From the human T2T-CHM13v2.0 reference genome, Homo sapiens, in the NCBI RefSeq assembly GCF_009914755.1, contig NC_060942.1: a stretch of DNA of 64,000 bases, one strand, 5' to 3'. The translations under genes were made by a program, and so were the position numbers. Below, piece by piece: positions 60,303 to 64,000 of this stretch; the first letter of the stretch is position 1, and each line of letters begins with the position of its first letter. The notes beneath the pieces were generated by a model, which searched no databases, was not told the DNA's origin, and was given only the letters and a program-made list of their open reading frames with translations.

Positions 60303-60630
60303 TGTGACATAATAAAAAATGTATATTTGGTCTCTGCTACCAGTTCCTGGCAAAGACCTACTAAAACCTCTGTAATTTCTTGAGCAATTAGGATGCTAGG
60401 TTCACCTATTGTTCTAATTTTTGCTCTTTGACCGTGGTTCCTGATGTAGAGCTCCTAATAAAATGTTCTCTGTGACAAAATTGTCTTTTGTTCTAATGAA
60501 GTGACTTTTGACTTTCTTGGGCTCCTGGATGAGAACTGATCACCAGAAAGGCCAAGCCATGATTAAAAGTTGAAATTTTCAGCCTCACCCCCGAAACTCT
60601 GGGAAGGGAAGTCCTGGGGTAGTTGGAAAT
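60303..60630 (+). mobile_element. MER21-like LTR 5' part
   Basis: tgtgacataataa...ggtctctgc...gttcctg...gagctcctaa...caccagaaaggccaagccatgatta. Confidence 0.65.
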
Positions 60631-62819
60631 GATTTTTGCCCTTACCTTTGGGAAGCTCTTTATACATGTTGCTGCTGCTGCACACCAGGTCTAGCGAGAC
60701 CTTGGGAGAACCATGGGTCTGGGAGAAGGGTCAAGAGTAGAGAGCAAAGATGTGTTTATTTAAAATTCTCCTCTCATTTGAGACAACTTACCCTCCAATC
60801 AGAGCCATAAACTTAAGCCATATTAAAAAGGCCTGTTTCTTTATACACTGTATCTCTTCATCCAAGGAAAAATAAAATTGTTTTTAACCCCCTTCTGTGC
60901 AAGGCAAAGACTAAATATTGGTGTTTTCTTAATAAATATTTATGTAAATAAAGTGAAAGTCTTTAAAACTCCTGATATTTATGAACTGATGATAAAGTTT
61001 GATGCAGAACTGACATCTCTGACTCTCTGAGAAAACGGATTGAAAGGAAATCAATTCAAACCAAAGGTAATGGAAGGAAGCTTTTTGTATATACTTGGAA
61101 TAAATAATAAAAACAGAGTGATAGCATTAAGAAACAATTTAAGGGAAGAATATAGGGAATATAAACTGATGAAAAAAACAGTTCATTTTCTAGATCATGA
61201 GTGTGGCAAACTAAGGTTATTAACATGGGTGTGGTCGACTAGGTTTTTAACAACGGTGGACTTGAATAGTTAGCCAGTACAGAGACCAGATGACTGAAAT
61301 ATGCCCTCCTTTAAGCAAATTTGTTTTAAATAGTTTATTTGGTGGCAGGTCTATACTACATGCTGGGTGAGTAGTATCTAATATAGTCTCTATCCTCAAT
61401 TTTTGAGTGTATATTTTAGTACTGAAATGCATAGTAATTAGTCAATTTAATATACAATAGCAATTACAATAAATGCTATGAAGGATAATTGTATGAAGAA
61501 TTAATGAGTACACAAATTTGAATACATCCAATCAAGGAAGTTGAAGAAAGGATCCTCAGGAGATAATAATTGATCAGAGAGATGACAGAAGAGTTGGCAT
61601 TAACTAGATATACCATGTCTATCTCTATAACACAAAAGCTGGACTCTTCCTATATTTTATTCTTTAAAATAGTAATTATTTAAAATGACTAAAAGGAAAA
61701 CATTTTCCTCTTTCATTTACTTGGTTTTTCTCTAAATTCTAATTGGTACACAAAAAGGTTTGTTGAAAATGTTGAACTAAACATGAATGAGAGCAATGGA
61801 ATTCACAGTTTTACCAATGCTGTGAAAAGCAATTCATCAGTGTCACCAGGAGCCAGTAGGTTAACACTTCCTTTAAACAAAAAAGATATTTTCACACTTG
61901 TAAAAGTTAAGAAAAGGAAAGCAATTCAGACCATTTACAAAATGTTTTTTTTTCTCTTTGATGTCTCACTGCAAGACTAGTATTATTTTAATGACTACAT
62001 ATTTAAACGGTAGACTCAATGGTGGTTTCTTTGCTTCACTTTGCTTTGCATTGCTTTTTCCCCCACTCTCCTCCCAACTTCATAGGCGATTTTTTCAGAC
62101 AGGACCTAGCAATTTAACTACAGGGGGAAAGTGTCTAAGAAGACAGAAAACCATGAGGGGTAAATCCGTTATGTGTCTTCCTTGGAGAATAGCATACTCT
62201 CTCACTGCTGCCCCACAACTTGACTGTATCAGTGTATCTATGAAAGACCTGTCCTCAGATAAAAAAAAAGAAAAGGTAAAACATAGAATATTCTCACTAT
62301 CATTTCCCCAGACAGTATTTATGTGACACAGAGAAATCAGGTCAATCAGGTAGACAGGGATTTTTTTTTTGAACATTATCAATCGTTCAAATTGACTAGA
62401 CTTTTTTTTTTTTTAACTAAACCAAATGAATAATTTGACACCATGGAGAGATAGCCTTACTCAATTTGTTTATTTATTTTAAATATCAATATTATTGTGA
62501 AATATTAGGAGAGCTATATCTAAATGTCTTTTATTCTTATCTTAGTTTTCCCAAAAGTAAAACATTTTCTGAATGAGAAGCTTATACTAGATTCTGAAAT
62601 TCCATTACCTTTAATAGGTAGTGATGGAAACATGAGCACGACCATGACCACATATATGTTCTTCTAGTGACACTTTATACACAACAGTATGATTGCAGAG
62701 ATTGAGACTTAAAATTGTATTATGCTTTTGAGCACATTACACCTTATCATCTATACTTTTCTCATTGCAAAATAAGCAAGAGGAGTAGAAAATGATATTT
62801 TGTTGAAAAACTGAACTTA

Positions 62820-63175
62820 TGTGTTTATCAGTTTATATTGATATAACAGGGAGTCCAAGTCTTAGTGGCACAACATAACAAAAGTTTCTTACATACATTA
62901 AATTTATTTCTGACATATGCAACCTTCACCACAGTTTGGCTGAGGGTTCTGTTCATTGTAGCCACTCAGGAATCCATTGTATTGTAAGAGCTGCCATCTT
63001 TAATAAGGCTAATCACTATGCTAGAGAGAAAAGACATCTCTGAAAGGCCTCACAGTAATAATTAAATATTTTGGCCCAGAAGTGACATGGCTTCATACAA
63101 TCATAAGAAAACCATGAAGGGTAAATCAACTATGTGTCCAGAAGGTAGAGACCCAGAAATATTTTAGGTACCACA
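62820..63175 (-). mobile_element. Old MLT1K-like LTR
   Basis: cttagtggcacaacataacaaaagttt...gccactcaggaatcc...gcccagaagtgacat...tgtgtccagaagg. Confidence 0.5.
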
Positions 63176-63193
63176 TTAATAAATGCCATACCC

Positions 63194-63535
<342 letters not shown>

Positions 63536-63623
63536 TCAGGACCAAAATATATTCCTCATACCCATCTATGGATTTCCTCTTTGCTAGATTTTCCCAAGGC
63601 CGTTCTGAGGGCAGAAGAAACTA

Positions 63624-63628
63624 ACACA

Positions 63629-63660
<32 letters not shown>

Positions 63661-63685
63661 GATGTAAATACACACATACACACAC
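63624..63685. repeat. (CA)n microsatellite, interrupted
   Basis: Direct reading. Confidence 0.9.
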
Positions 63686-64000
63686 TTTCATACTTTCTTT
63701 TCTCCTTCCCAGTACTATTGAGTAAAAAAATAAATAAGTATCTTGCTTAAGGCAATAAATTGATGTGATGAGATCATGAGAAATGCTATAAAAGCTCGAA
63801 GATGGGTTCAACTTTATGATAAAAGTTGGCAGCTGCAAGTGCTCTGGATTTTGGCTCAAGAGTATAACAGTGTAGGAAAAGGGCATAAACACAAAGGGAA
63901 GATACAGTGATAGGAAGGATAGAATCTGAAGAAAAGTATTTCCAGGGCTTGGGCAAATGCAAATATACAAACAGTTGGAAAATAGAGGATCAAAAGAGCA

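Overview
Primate genomic DNA, most likely human 18q12.3, judged from the RIT2 peptide and the Alu/L1PA/HERV-H/THE1 content. The only host coding sequence I can support is the terminal coding exon of RIT2 (RIN, Ras-like small GTPase without CAAX) on the minus strand at 31273-31500. Its 3' UTR runs to about 31010. Everything to the right (31501-64000) reads as its last intron and everything to the left as downstream intergenic DNA. Much of the window is transposon-derived: two 5'-inverted (twin-primed) L1s, further L1PA/L1PB/L1M copies, about 10 Alus, a full THE1A, a Tigger3-family DNA transposon, nested MaLR LTRs, and MIR/L2 relics. Nearly all ORFs in the track are repeat remnants or noise. The most striking architecture is that the whole RIT2 terminal exon sits in a 1.45-kb gap between two same-orientation LTR7s from independent insertions: the 3' LTR of a 5.3-kb HERV-H provirus (TSD ACTAT) and a solo LTR7 (TSD CTGTG) 81 bp inside the intron. 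This could form an LTR-to-LTR antisense unit, a substrate for exon-deleting recombination, and a RIT2-sense intronic AATAAA. Also seen: three short non-tandem local duplications and a near-perfect RFX X-box. Repeat subfamily calls are from recalled consensus sequences, not a database search. No demonstrably new gene or system is proven here.
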